A DNA stretch of 62,997 nucleotides, filler included, from a bacterium (GTDB taxonomy: Bacteria; UBA9089; CG2-30-40-21; SBAY01), in the NCBI GenBank assembly GCA_040757115.1. It is 12 parts of 12 records of this genome, joined end to end, with 100 filler letters (N's around TTAATTAATTAA, not from the genome) between each part and the next. Parts side by side here need not be neighbours in the genome. Positions count along the whole stretch, not along the records: positions 1 to 25,774 come from JBFLYA010000033.1; 11 more parts are not named here. One strand, given 5' to 3'. Under the pieces are notes generated by a model. It did not search any database. It saw only the letters and a list, made by a program, of their open reading frames with translations, and had not been told where the DNA came from. The position numbers and the translations under genes are program-made. Of the stretch, positions 1 to 10,711 are shown piece after piece (the first letter of the stretch is position 1; every line of letters starts with the position of its first letter).

Positions 1-55
1 GACATTATTGAGCAAAATATTCAACTCCCTTTAACAAAATTGATAAAGCAATAGG

Positions 56-112
56 TTTTGGAATTTGGTGCTTGGAATTTATTTGGAATTTGGAATTTGT
101 GATTTGGAATTT
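56..112. repeat. TTGGAATT heptamer-type array (downstream-flank type of four-helix-bundle module)
   Basis: tttggaatttggtgcttggaatttatttggaatttggaatttgtgatttggaattt closely matches 37737-37800. Confidence 0.75.
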
Positions 113-189
113 ATATTGCAAGGTTATAGTTAAACCATGATGAATAAATTCACGAAACTCCAGATTCTGAGAAAGTGTAAGGAATAAAA

Positions 190-3100
190 ATGTCGTGTGT
201 TGAATTTCATATCTCTAAAAAATCAAGACTTCGCTATCAGTTTGACGAAAATATCTATTGTTTGTCTGGAAATGCCGTTCTAACAGATTTTTATGCGGTT
301 CGGCTATTTGCTCAAAAAATAAACCAACGCCGTGATTGGACAACTGGTTTTATGGAGCCTGTCCGTGCCAGCCACATCAATGCTATGGGATTAATTGATG
401 AAATCATTCATTATGTTTGCGGTCGGTATCGCCAGGATAAAAATCCCGGCGCCTTGAAGAATGCCGTCAAGTGGCTAAATGACAAATTTGGTGCGGAAAT
501 AATTAATTGCACCCTGCTTAAATTTATCGATGAATTCCCACCACTTCTCGTCTATCAAGAAAGGCAATCTAAAGAGGCGTATCTTAAAGCAGAAACCAAC
601 GGTATACCCCATTCTGAAATCCTGACAGAAGAGATGATTTGTCTATATTTAGCCAATAATAATCCTGCTTTCTTATCGTTTGCTGAATTGTTTGAGGATT
701 TTGAATTAAAGAAAACAACACCCTATCCACAAATTGTAAGTTCACTTATTGATTATTTTAACACTCAGCCGCGATTTGGTGCAAAAGAAGAGTGTCTGAT
801 TGATTTTTTAAGGGCACCAGTAAAGGCATCACCGCATTCGTTAACAGGTCAACTGGCTTATATTAGAGAAAATTGGGCTCATTTGCTCTCAAAAGACCTT
901 CTTTACCGCATTTTACTGGCACTTGATTTAATCAAAGAAGAAGACAAATTTCGGGCAATTGGCGCCGGACCAACATTAGTCCCGGATTTCAAACTCATTG
1001 ATACTGGTTTGGGCCCTGAATATGAGCGTTTTAGCCCGGATGCAGATTGGATGCCAAATGTAGTTTTAATAGCCAAAAATGTCTATGTCTGGCTGGAGCA
1101 ATTATCTAAAAAATATCACCGAGCCATAACTAAGCTGGATGAGATACCTGATGAGGAATTAGATATTTTAGCCAGATGGGGATTTACGGCTTTGTGGCTG
1201 ATTGGTTTATGGGAAAGAAGTCCAGCCTCCCAAAAAATAAAGCAGATTTGTGGAAATCCAGAGGCAATCTCATCAGCCTACTCACTTTATGACTACACCA
1301 TTGCTGAGGATTTAGGAGGGGAGTCTGCACTTATGAATTTGCGACATCGGGCATTTAGTCACGGTATTCGATTATCCAGCGATATGGTGCCAAATCATAT
1401 GGGCATATACTCAAAATGGATGATTGAACATTCTGACTGGTTTATTCACTTAAGACACAGCCCTTTTCCCTCATATCGGTTTACCGGGGTTAATCTATCC
1501 TGGGATGAGCGAGTTGGGATTTATATCGAGGATGGTTATTGGAATAGGCAGGATGCGGCAGTTGTCTTTAAACGAGTTGACCATTGGACTGGCGACGAAA
1601 GATACATTTATCACGGCAATGATGGCACGCATATGCCCTGGAATGATACGGCTCAGTTGAATTTTCTGATGCCAGAGGTGCGTGAAGCAGTTATCCAGAC
1701 AATCCTTCATGTCGCCAGGCAATTTCCCATCATCCGTTTTGATGCGGCAATGACGCTGGTTAAAAAACACTATCAACGACTCTGGTTTCCCCAACCTGGT
1801 AGTGGTGGTGATATTCCATCAAGGGCTGAATATGGCATAACTAAAAAAGAATTTGACCAACTCTTTCCTGCAGAATTCTGGAGAGAGGTGGTTGACCGAG
1901 TTGCGGCTGAGGTGCCTGAGACACTACTTCTGGCAGAGGCTTTCTGGCTGATGGAAGGTTATTTTGTTCGCACACTTGGTATGCACCGCGTCTATAATAG
2001 TGCCTTTATGAACATGCTTAAAATGGAAGAAAATGCAAAATATCGCTCGGTAATAAAAAATGTATTAGAATTTAACCCCCAAATATTGAAGCGGTTTGTT
2101 AATTTTATGAATAACCCGGATGAAGAAACCGCTGTAGCTCAATTTGGCAAAGATGATAAATATTTTGGTGTGCTTTTGATGATGGTCACAATGCCTGGCT
2201 TACCTATGTTTGGTCATGGACAAATCGAAGGGTTTGGAGAAAAATATGGGATGGAGTATCGAAGGGCATACTGGGATGAACAGGTGGACTGGAATCTCGT
2301 CTGGCGACACGAAAGCGAAATATTCCCTTTAATGAAAAAACGATACCTGTTCAGTGGTGTTGAAAATTTTCTGCTTTATGATTTTTATAATCAACACGGC
2401 TATGTAAATGAAAATGTCTTTGCCTATTCTAATATGTGTGGAGATGAGAGAGCGATTATCCTTTATCACAATAAATTTGAGCAGGCCGCTGGCTGGATTA
2501 AAACATCTGCCGCTTTTTCGCTTGATGGCAAACACCTCATCCAGAAAACATTAGCCGATGGACTAAAATTAAAAACCGATGACCCATATTATTATATCTT
2601 TAAAGATTACAAAACTGGACTTGAATACATCCGTCAGGGGCGAGAAATTGCCCAAAATGGACTGTATGTCCAGTTAGATGCATTCAAATACCATATCTTT
2701 ATGGATTTCCGTGAAATATATGACACCCCTGAAGGACACTATCGGAATCTAACAAATTTCCTCAACGGTCGCGGTGTGCCAAATATTGAAGAGGCAGTCA
2801 CCGAGCTCTATCTTAAACCAATCCACACACCTTTTACGGCAATTATAAATCCAGACACCCTTCATAAATTGGCTGGTGGTGAGATAAACGAATTTGAGGA
2901 TAAAATCAGGGCATTGCTGTGGGCAGTTAAACACTTTAGCGAAGGACTGGGTGATGTCGAAACGGTTATTAGTCATTTAAAAAGAGTTTTTTTGGCGGCA
3001 CTCCAACTGGAAAAATTGGATGTCCCTGAGGCTATTGACTTTTTCCACACCTATCCTAACAATAAAAGAATTTTGTTAATCTGGCTGGTGGTTTATTCCT

Positions 3101-3510
3101 TAGGACGGATAAAAACACAGACAACTGATTATGAGGAACAAAGCCTGACCTGGGTTGATGAATGGTTGCTGGGCAAGATTATTCGACAAACTATTCAGGC
3201 AATGGGAACAGAGGACTGGGTGGCTTATCGTCAGGAATTTTTGATAAAGATTTTGATTAAGCATCACCAGTGGGTTAAAAATCCTTTAATTAATATCTTA
3301 AAAGACACGGAGGTTCAAAATTACATTCATTTAAATAGATATGAAGGGGTATTGTATTTTCACAAGGAGAGTTTTGAGGAGTTGATGAATTGGCTCTTTA
3401 TAGTTTCAATCGTAGATGAACCCACTGGTATCATTGAGCGATATGAAGTTGTCCGTAAATTCATCCAATCCGCCGAAAAGGCAAAATATCAATTTAATAA
3501 AATGAGGTAA
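190..3510 (+). CDS. Large alpha-amylase family (GH13) glycoside hydrolase
   Basis: GH13 motifs DMVPNH, IRFDAAM, LLLAEAFW and NNPDEE. The stop TAA overlaps the GTAA end of the downstream MITE. Confidence 0.85.
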   Translation: MSCVEFHISKKSRLRYQFDENIYCLSGNAVLTDFYAVRLFAQKINQRRDWTTGFMEPVRASHINAMGLIDEIIHYVCGRYRQDKNPGALKNAVKWLNDKFGAEIINCTLLKFIDEFPPLLVYQERQSKEAYLKAETNGIPHSEILTEEMICLYLANNNPAFLSFAELFEDFELKKTTPYPQIVSSLIDYFNTQPRFGAKEECLIDFLRAPVKASPHSLTGQLAYIRENWAHLLSKDLLYRILLALDLIKEEDKFRAIGAGPTLVPDFKLIDTGLGPEYERFSPDADWMPNVVLIAKNVYVWLEQLSKKYHRAITKLDEIPDEELDILARWGFTALWLIGLWERSPASQKIKQICGNPEAISSAYSLYDYTIAEDLGGESALMNLRHRAFSHGIRLSSDMVPNHMGIYSKWMIEHSDWFIHLRHSPFPSYRFTGVNLSWDERVGIYIEDGYWNRQDAAVVFKRVDHWTGDERYIYHGNDGTHMPWNDTAQLNFLMPEVREAVIQTILHVARQFPIIRFDAAMTLVKKHYQRLWFPQPGSGGDIPSRAEYGITKKEFDQLFPAEFWREVVDRVAAEVPETLLLAEAFWLMEGYFVRTLGMHRVYNSAFMNMLKMEENAKYRSVIKNVLEFNPQILKRFVNFMNNPDEETAVAQFGKDDKYFGVLLMMVTMPGLPMFGHGQIEGFGEKYGMEYRRAYWDEQVDWNLVWRHESEIFPLMKKRYLFSGVENFLLYDFYNQHGYVNENVFAYSNMCGDERAIILYHNKFEQAAGWIKTSAAFSLDGKHLIQKTLADGLKLKTDDPYYYIFKDYKTGLEYIRQGREIAQNGLYVQLDAFKYHIFMDFREIYDTPEGHYRNLTNFLNGRGVPNIEEAVTELYLKPIHTPFTAIINPDTLHKLAGGEINEFEDKIRALLWAVKHFSEGLGDVETVISHLKRVFLAALQLEKLDVPEAIDFFHTYPNNKRILLIWLVVYSLGRIKTQTTDYEEQSLTWVDEWLLGKIIRQTIQAMGTEDWVAYRQEFLIKILIKHHQWVKNPLINILKDTEVQNYIHLNRYEGVLYFHKESFEELMNWLFIVSIVDEPTGIIERYEVVRKFIQSAEKAKYQFNKMR

Positions 3511-3753
3511 CCGTTCACCGCAAGATGCCACAGAGACGCAGAGAAAAAAATAAAAAACTATTTACCATACACTTCATTCCATCCCTGATTTTCATCAGAG
3601 CAATCTTTTGAGGACCGACATCTCATGATTGATTAACAATTTGGTTTTGATGTCCTATGTATTGCATCAATAATCTTTTCTGTTATCTGATTTATTTCCC
3701 TGTCTTCTCCGTTCCTCTGCGTCTCTGCGGTAAATTACCACCTGAACGGTTAC
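3507..3753. mobile_element. IS66-like MITE (GTAACCGTTCA...TGAACGGTTAC) carrying a GxxExxY 5' remnant
   Basis: 11-bp TIR, inner CACAGAGACGCAGAG / CTCTGCGTCTCTGCG inverted repeats, minus strand reads EINQITEKIIDAIHR. Related copy at 25108-25350. Confidence 0.8.
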
Positions 3754-3814
3754 CTGAATAGTTACTCAAATTTTACTTGCGAAAAATTAATTCTATGATA
3801 AAATATATATTATT

Positions 3815-4129
3815 ATGTTAGTATGTCCTAAATGTGGTTATGAAAATTCAGATGATGCTTTATGTTGCAATTTATGCAACAAAATCTTTCGTAAGGAAAA
3901 GAAAGAGAGCCTTCAAGAAAAGAAAATAAATTCTATAAATGACCTACCCGAAAATATTAAAAATTTACTTGTTCAGCAAAAAATGGAAATTATGGATAAG
4001 GGGAAAGAGGAATTTTTATGGACAACGGCGAATGTAAAAAAGGGATGTTTTTTATTTGCTATCATTGTGATAGGTTTTTTTGCCATAATTTTATTACGCT
4101 TTATTTTCCCGCTATTTATGAAACCATAG
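3815..4129 (+). CDS. Zinc-ribbon membrane protein
   Basis: N-terminal CPKC...CxxC and a C-terminal hydrophobic helix. Confidence 0.7.
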   Translation: MLVCPKCGYENSDDALCCNLCNKIFRKEKKESLQEKKINSINDLPENIKNLLVQQKMEIMDKGKEEFLWTTANVKKGCFLFAIIVIGFFAIILLRFIFPLFMKP

Positions 4130-4290
4130 CGAAAACACCATTCGGGTCAGATTTTTTTCAAAAGAGCCGAATTTTTTGTTGACAAAGGATAAAATTTGTG
4201 GTAAAATCTTCCCACCAGAAGAACCAAAAATGGATATAACAGTCAAGACACTCCAAAAGCAAATTCCTATCAGTAAAGGAAAAATATAAG

Positions 4291-4668
4291 ATGAAACGAC
4301 TAAAACCTTATGTCATTTTTGAAGATAACCGTGGGGTATTTTTAGGAATAACCCATGACCATATTTGGAAAGAGATTAATATCATTGAGACATGTGCTAA
4401 TGTTATGAGAGGAAATCATTATCACAAATTTACCACAGAACTATTTTATATTATCGAAGGGGATATTGATGTAGAGATATATAGTCTTAAAGACGACTTA
4501 CAAAAAATGGAATTTAAGGCTAAAAAAGGGGATATATTTATTGTTGAACCTTTTGAAGTGCATAGATTTAAGGCTAATATAGATTCAAAATGGATAAATA
4601 TGCTTTCCGAGATATTAGATAAAGAGGCGCCTGATATTTATCGCTATCAACCAGAAGGAGAAATATAG
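4291..4668 (+). CDS. Cupin-domain sugar isomerase/epimerase (WxcM/FdtA-like)
   Basis: EDNRG, RGNHYH and PFEVH motifs; first gene of a glycosylation cluster. Confidence 0.7.
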   Translation: MKRLKPYVIFEDNRGVFLGITHDHIWKEINIIETCANVMRGNHYHKFTTELFYIIEGDIDVEIYSLKDDLQKMEFKAKKGDIFIVEPFEVHRFKANIDSKWINMLSEILDKEAPDIYRYQPEGEI

Positions 4669-4670
4669 AT

Positions 4671-5387
4671 TTGGAATTATCTGTTGTTATCCCAACATAT
4701 AATGAGAAGGGAAATATCGAAATTTTAGTTCCTGCTATTCAAGAGGTATTTAAAGATAATAAAATAGATGGGGAGATAGTTATCATTGATGATAATTCAA
4801 CAGATGGAACGATAGAGACAGTAAAACAATTTGCCCTTCAAAATAAAAATGTGAGATTAAAGGTAAGGGAGGGAGAAAAAAGTTTAGCTAAAGCATGGAT
4901 AGAAGGATTTGAGCTGGCAAAAAAAGAAATAATAGTTTGTATTGATGCAGATTTATGTCATAACCCTAAATATTTTCCTTTAATGTTAAGCAAGATGGAG
5001 GATTATGACATTGTTATCGGTTCTAGATACTTAATCCATAAAAAAGGACAGATAATGGCAGGTAAATCTTTATTAGCCTGTTATGTTAGCGAAATAGGAC
5101 AGACAATTACCCGGATGTGTACAGGATTATCTCAAACTGATACCTCACATAGCTTTAGGATGTTTAAGAAAAAGGTTTTTGATGATATAAAACCTTACCT
5201 GAAATATCAAGGGAATGTCTTCCTGATTGAATTTTTATACATGGCAGTTAAAAAAGGTTATAAGGTTACAGAGATAGAAATAGATTATGGAAAAAGAGAG
5301 TATGGGAAGACAAAACTTATTGTTCTAAAAGAAGGACTTAGATATCTTTATTATGTTTGGCAGTTAAGATGGCGGAAAATCAAATGA
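4671..5387 (+). CDS. GT2 polyprenol monophosphomannose synthase-like glycosyltransferase
   Basis: VVIPTYNE, IDDNSTDGT, IDADL and GSRY motifs. Confidence 0.85.
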   Translation: MELSVVIPTYNEKGNIEILVPAIQEVFKDNKIDGEIVIIDDNSTDGTIETVKQFALQNKNVRLKVREGEKSLAKAWIEGFELAKKEIIVCIDADLCHNPKYFPLMLSKMEDYDIVIGSRYLIHKKGQIMAGKSLLACYVSEIGQTITRMCTGLSQTDTSHSFRMFKKKVFDDIKPYLKYQGNVFLIEFLYMAVKKGYKVTEIEIDYGKREYGKTKLIVLKEGLRYLYYVWQLRWRKIK

Positions 5388-6292
5388 AAAAAGGATTAAT
5401 TACAGGCGCTAATGGTAAATTAGGCAATTATTTTCTTAAAAGATTTTTTTCTTCAGGATATGAAATAAGCGGTATAGATAAAATATGGGAGAATATTCCA
5501 CCAGAACTTAAGGTAAAAACGGTAGATATATTAGATAACTCACTCCTATGGAAGATAGTTCTGGAAATAAAACCCGATTTTATTATCCACTGTGCGGCGA
5601 TTAAAGATGTCTTTTATTGCGAAGAACACCCAGAGGATACATGGTTAGTTAATGTAGTAGGAACTCAAAATATCGTAGAAATATGTGAGGAATTAGGGAT
5701 AAAATTAATATTTATATCCAGTGATTATGTCTTTGATGGAGAGAAAGGTTGGTATGCAGAAGAAGATATCCCTAACCCCCAAACTTGTTATGGCCAGAGT
5801 AAATTAAAGGGTGAAGAAATAATTAAAGAGAAACTCTCTGATTATGTTATTTGCCGCACGGGAGGTATCTTTGGATATAACGATGATTTCATTGATTGGG
5901 TAAAGGAAAAGTTAGTGCAAAGAAAAGAGGTTAATGCATATTCTAATATATTCAATACTCCTACATATCTGCCTAGTTTAACAGAGATGATTGAGGAAAT
6001 AATGCAGAGAAACATAGAAGGAACTTTTCATCTGGCAGGTAGAGAACGAATCAATCGGTTTGGATTTGCTTTGAAGATAGCTAAAGAATTTAACTTAGAT
6101 TTAAACTTGGTTAAGGAAGAAAGATACGAAGATAAAATAGATAAAGGATTAAGACCGCGAGATTTATCACTTTGTTCTTTAAAAGCACAAAAGGTATTAA
6201 AGACTAAATTCCTCAGTATTGACGAAACATTAAGGCATATAAGAAGATTTAACAATGTAAAAAATAGAATGAAAGACGAATGGGATTCATAA
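5384..6292 (+). CDS. dTDP-4-dehydrorhamnose reductase family (RmlD-like SDR)
   Basis: ITGANGKLG, SSDYVFDG and YGQSKLKGE motifs; ATGA overlap with the upstream gene. Confidence 0.85.
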   Translation: MKKGLITGANGKLGNYFLKRFFSSGYEISGIDKIWENIPPELKVKTVDILDNSLLWKIVLEIKPDFIIHCAAIKDVFYCEEHPEDTWLVNVVGTQNIVEICEELGIKLIFISSDYVFDGEKGWYAEEDIPNPQTCYGQSKLKGEEIIKEKLSDYVICRTGGIFGYNDDFIDWVKEKLVQRKEVNAYSNIFNTPTYLPSLTEMIEEIMQRNIEGTFHLAGRERINRFGFALKIAKEFNLDLNLVKEERYEDKIDKGLRPRDLSLCSLKAQKVLKTKFLSIDETLRHIRRFNNVKNRMKDEWDS

Positions 6293-6305
6293 AGAATTTT
6301 TGTAA

Positions 6306-6455
6306 CTATTGCCTTGTCGCCATTCAAGTGATTGATTGGCCGTTGTTCCCCGCTGGCGGGGGTAGGGGGTGGATCCTTCTATTTCAGATTTCATATTCCA
6401 CCCCCTTAATCCCCCGCCAGCGGGGGACATCAATTGAGTAGCGACAGAGCACTAG
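6306..6455. mobile_element. 150-bp CTAG-flanked palindromic MITE (family A)
   Basis: Near-identical to 8452-8601 and 42767-42916; internal CCCCCGCTGGCGGGG / CCCCGCCAGCGGGGG palindromes. Confidence 0.85.
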
Positions 6456-6629
6456 CATAAAGGTTGAAATAGTGTAAGAAAAGGAGATATGGGGATTATG
6501 GAGATAAATTCATTCTAAAATTTTGCAAATTACAATGAATAATCTCCATATCTCCCTTTATCTCCTTATCCCCTTTTTTACACCAAATCTGAATAGATTT
6601 CACTATTAGCGTTATTTTCAGACACCACC
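6456..6629. mobile_element. Family E MITE (GGTGGTGTCT ends) containing an empty GGAGATA repeat shell
   Basis: Ends match 22589-23017, 29508-29547 and 36320-36359; inner TGTAAGAAAAGGAGATA...TATCCCCTTTTTTACA. Confidence 0.75.
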
Positions 6630-6737
6630 AAAAATTGGGGGGAAGATAAAAAACGGTTGGTTTTAAACTTCAGTCAAATCCGAGCTCTGGAGAGGTTGAG
6701 AGAGCTCTATTTAAGAAGGAGGGAATTTATTAATGGG

Positions 6738-7562
6738 ATGAAAGAATTAGTAGTTGATAAAAGAGAAAAAATTGAGTGTAAAAAAAAACTACAAGAATAT
6801 TTATTACATGCTCCAGTGTGCCATGTACTTCAAAGAATTATTGAATATCGAAAAATAAAGGAACATAAAGAAAAACTTATTGATCCTATATTAGATATTG
6901 GATGTGGAGATGGAATTTTTGCTTCTATGTTATTTGATGATTCCATATTTATGGGTATTGATTTGTCTATGAGCGAAATTGCTCTGGCACGAAGAAAAAA
7001 GATTTATAAAAATCTACTGGTGGGAAGTGTGGAGAAATTACCATTTTCTTCAGAATCCTTTAAAACAGTTTCAAGTAATTGTGTAATAGAGCATATACCA
7101 AATTTAGAAAATGCACTTAAGGAAATATATCGAGTTTTGAAAAAAGATGGCTATTTTATTTTTACGGTCCCAAGTAAATTAAGGGAAGTTTATAGCCCTT
7201 TCCCATGGATGCGACAAGTAGGAATAAATTTTTTCCCAAATCTAATGAACAAATTATTAAGGTTACTTTGGCAGGAATATCATTTTTATTCTCCTGGTGT
7301 GTGGAAGGAAAAATTGGAACAAACAGGATTTGAAGTTGTAATATGTGAGTATTTTTTCCCAAAAGAAGCTTATGCCACTTATGGTCGATTCCTTTTTTTC
7401 TCTGCCATTTCCTTGATTACCAAGAAAATTTTTAATAGATGGATACTATTTTCCAGTTGGCGAAATCTTTTTATCCCATTTATAGCTAAGTACTTAGAGA
7501 AATATTACCTGTTAGAAGGGAAAGATGGTACTGAATTGTTATTGATATCTTATAAAAAATAG
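6738..7562 (+). CDS. Class I SAM-dependent methyltransferase
   Basis: LDIGCGDG, VIEHI and RVLKKDG motifs; start chosen after the GGAGGG RBS. Confidence 0.85.
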   Translation: MKELVVDKREKIECKKKLQEYLLHAPVCHVLQRIIEYRKIKEHKEKLIDPILDIGCGDGIFASMLFDDSIFMGIDLSMSEIALARRKKIYKNLLVGSVEKLPFSSESFKTVSSNCVIEHIPNLENALKEIYRVLKKDGYFIFTVPSKLREVYSPFPWMRQVGINFFPNLMNKLLRLLWQEYHFYSPGVWKEKLEQTGFEVVICEYFFPKEAYATYGRFLFFSAISLITKKIFNRWILFSSWRNLFIPFIAKYLEKYYLLEGKDGTELLLISYKK

Positions 7563-7577
7563 AAAAGGAGACTTTCA

Positions 7578-8285
7578 ATGTCTACTCTACGATCACTCAT
7601 TATTATTCCTACTTACAATGAAGCTGAGAATATTGAACCTCTTCTTAACCAAATTTTTTCAATGAAAGAAAATTTTCATATCTTAGTCATTGATGATAAT
7701 TCTTGTGATGGTACAGGAAAAATTGTAGATAAATTATCTATAGAAAATACTCGCCTTCATGTGATTCATCGACCATCAAAACAAGGATTAGGATCAGCAT
7801 ATGTGTGTGGATTCAAATATGCATTAGAAAGAGATTTTGATTTAATCTTTCAAATGGATGCTGATTTTTCTCACGATCCTCAATACTTACCCCAATTCTT
7901 GAAGGCTATTGAAGATAATGATGTAGTCATAGGTTCAAGATATAGTGAAGGAATTAGTGTAGTAAAGTGGTCTTTGAATCGTCTACTTCTTAGCATTGCA
8001 GGATGTTTCTATGCCCGATTTATTACAAGATTGAAAATTAGAGATATTACCGGGGGATTTAAATGTTTTAGAAGAAAGGTATTAGAAACTATTGATCTGA
8101 ATAAGATACACTCAGATGGATATGCATTCCAGATTGAAATGAATTACAAATGTGTAAAAAAAGGATTTAGAGTTAAAGAAATAAGTATAATTTTTGTTGA
8201 CCGGCGAGTTGGTATTTCCAAGATGTCTGGCTACATTATCAAAGAAGCAATTATTACTCCTTGGAAATTAATTTTGGGATTCTAA
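7578..8285 (+). CDS. Polyprenol monophosphomannose synthase (GT2, Ppm1/DPM1-like)
   Basis: IPTYNE, MDADFSH and GYAFQIEM motifs. Confidence 0.9.
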   Translation: MSTLRSLIIIPTYNEAENIEPLLNQIFSMKENFHILVIDDNSCDGTGKIVDKLSIENTRLHVIHRPSKQGLGSAYVCGFKYALERDFDLIFQMDADFSHDPQYLPQFLKAIEDNDVVIGSRYSEGISVVKWSLNRLLLSIAGCFYARFITRLKIRDITGGFKCFRRKVLETIDLNKIHSDGYAFQIEMNYKCVKKGFRVKEISIIFVDRRVGISKMSGYIIKEAIITPWKLILGF

Positions 8286-8306
8286 AAATATAGTAAGTGG
8301 TGAAAA

Positions 8307-9067
8307 ATGTTAAGCCAAGACTACTTCAAAAATTCATTAGGAATATATAAATTCCCGTGGAGTATTTACCATTCTCCTATCAAGGATGAGATTATAAAAG
8401 AGTTAAAACTTTTGCCGCAGGATTATAAAGTGCTAAATGTAGGATGTGGTTCTAGTGCTCTGTCGCCATTCAAGTGATTGATTGGCCGTTGTCCCCCGCT
8501 GGCGGGGGTAGGGGGTGGATTCTTCTATTTCAGATTTCATATTCCACCCCCTTAATCCCCCGCCAGCGGGGGACATCAATTGAGTAGCGACAGAGCACTA
8601 GTCTGTTAGATAATTTACTCCATCAGCAAGTATATGGAGTTGATATAGACAAAAAGGCAATTGAATTTTGCTGGAAACATTATCACAAAGGTAAAGAACG
8701 ATATAAACTAGTTGCTGTGGATCAGAAATATCCATTTGAAGATGAGTTTTTTGATATAGTCTTATGTACAGAAGTTATCGAACATGTAATGAATATTCCG
8801 TTTTTTTTAGGAGAAATAAAAAGGGTATTGAAATCAGAAGGAATAATTTTACTCAGTACACCTAATTATAATTCTTTGTTACTCAAAATGTTAGAATCTA
8901 CTATTCTTGAATTGATTGCCCGAAAAAGGGGATTTACAAGGAAAATCTTACATCCAAATAAATATACTGAAAAACGATTAAAAGTTTGTCTTGAGAAATA
9001 CTTTAGTGCTTTAGAAATAAGAAACATTAGCCTGGGCATGGTTCTATTTGTAAAAGCTAAAAAATGA
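8307..9067 (+). pseudogene. SAM-dependent methyltransferase interrupted by a family A MITE
   Basis: ATG 8307 reads ...KVLNVGCGSS. Removing 146 bp rejoins the frame (SSLLDNLLHQQVYGVDID...) with ORF 8717-9067 and gives 204 aa. Confidence 0.9.
8452..8601. mobile_element. Family A MITE inserted at CTAG
   Basis: CTAGTGCTCTGTCGC...GCGACAGAGCACTAG; the empty site can be reconstructed from the gene frame. Confidence 0.92.
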
Positions 9068-9177
9068 AGTGAAAATATATGCAATATAAAAGTTTATGTA
9101 TAGCAATTTTGAACCAAAGGGTTGATTAAAACAATAACACAGAATTAATATTGTAAATATCGTAGAGAAGTTTAGAC

Positions 9178-10707
9178 ATGGATAATAAAAACATAAAAAA
9201 AATTAATAATATCCATTTTTTATTTTGGGTCTTATTATATGGAATCTTTATGCGGCTAATATTTGCATATATCTATGTAAACTTTCCAGAAACTCCTCAT
9301 GATTTTTATGCATATATAGGTGGTGCAAAATTATTACTAAATAATCAACCCCTTTATAGAATACCTTTAGAAAATAAAATACCCTTTTCGTATGGTCCAC
9401 TTACTGCAATTGTATTTGCAAGTTGGATAAAGGTATTTGGTGAAAATTATATCCTATTGAAATTCCCAAGTATAATATTTGATTGTTTGACGATGATAAT
9501 TCTCTTTTCTCTTATAAAAGAATTAGTTAATGAGGCAACAGCAAAATTTGGTTCATTCCTTTATACTTTCTCATATCTTCCTTTACTTAGTTCTGGGGCA
9601 TTAGGTAATAATGATAACATGTACATATGTTTCATGTTACTTTCTATATATCTTTTAATTAAAAATAGATTTACTTTAGCAATGGTCAGTTATGGAATAA
9701 CATTAGGATTTGCAATTCATATGGTTCCTGTTTTCCCTGCTATAATATATTATTTATACAAAAAAGTCGGATTTATAAATCTATTAAAATACATTAGTTT
9801 TATGTGTATTACATTTTTTTTAATCCTTTTTCCCTTTTATTTCAACTCTGGGCCACAGGTATTACACCCTTATATTGGCATGGCAACAACTATTTTTAAC
9901 TTATGCTTATTGTCTCCTTTAAACTTCCTACGTTTATTAGCAGGATTTTATGTTAATGTTATTCATTACATTACTACACATACTGTAATATCTAAAGACT
10001 TAAATCCTATTCCTCCTCATTCAAATCATCCTATTAATTTATTCTTTAATCAAATAGCTACTCCATTTCTTATCATTGGAGTTATTTTTATCTTCTGGTA
10101 TATGATCAAATTTAGATTAGAGGATAAAAAAATAGAACTATTACGAAATTCCTTTTTATGGATATTTGGGATATTACTATTCTCAAAAATTTCTACGGAT
10201 TTACACTATACATGGCTTATCTGTCCACTTTTAGTCTTAATGTTGTTTAGAGAACAAGGAATATTTAATGAATTTAGGCTAAAAAATCAAGAGATTTTTG
10301 GTGCTATTTTAACTTTTATAGGTTTATTAATACTTACTCTTATATGTTGTAGAGGAGAGAGGGTTGAAACATGGAGATGGACATTATTTTTCATCCCAAT
10401 CATTATACCTATAGGAACATACCTTATGTTTTATAGAAGTAAAATAAGAAGGAGTTGGGCAATATTAATGTGTGGAAGTGCATGTTTTGAGATAACGCCA
10501 GATAATCCATTATTAATATTAAAACCCTTCTTAGTAAAATTTATCCCTGAAACTCCAATATCCTTTGGCACATACCTTTCTTATGCCACTTATTATCCTT
10601 TTTCTCTTATGATGCTTTTAATAACAGTAATAGGAATAATATTACTTGCTAAAGATATGCATTGTCTTATGAAAGATTCCGGGGACACGAAAGGAGAATT
10701 AAGGTAA
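9178..10707 (+). CDS. Multi-pass membrane GT-C fold glycosyltransferase (GT87/PMT-like)
   Basis: Many TM helices; HDFYAY, YGPL and GNND loops; clustered with Ppm synthases. Confidence 0.65.
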   Translation: MDNKNIKKINNIHFLFWVLLYGIFMRLIFAYIYVNFPETPHDFYAYIGGAKLLLNNQPLYRIPLENKIPFSYGPLTAIVFASWIKVFGENYILLKFPSIIFDCLTMIILFSLIKELVNEATAKFGSFLYTFSYLPLLSSGALGNNDNMYICFMLLSIYLLIKNRFTLAMVSYGITLGFAIHMVPVFPAIIYYLYKKVGFINLLKYISFMCITFFLILFPFYFNSGPQVLHPYIGMATTIFNLCLLSPLNFLRLLAGFYVNVIHYITTHTVISKDLNPIPPHSNHPINLFFNQIATPFLIIGVIFIFWYMIKFRLEDKKIELLRNSFLWIFGILLFSKISTDLHYTWLICPLLVLMLFREQGIFNEFRLKNQEIFGAILTFIGLLILTLICCRGERVETWRWTLFFIPIIIPIGTYLMFYRSKIRRSWAILMCGSACFEITPDNPLLILKPFLVKFIPETPISFGTYLSYATYYPFSLMMLLITVIGIILLAKDMHCLMKDSGDTKGELR

Positions 10708-10711
10708 CACT

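Noticed and set aside
1495-2976. Antisense ORFs inside long genes (here and throughout)
   Set aside because: Shadow frames with no RBS or recognisable motifs.
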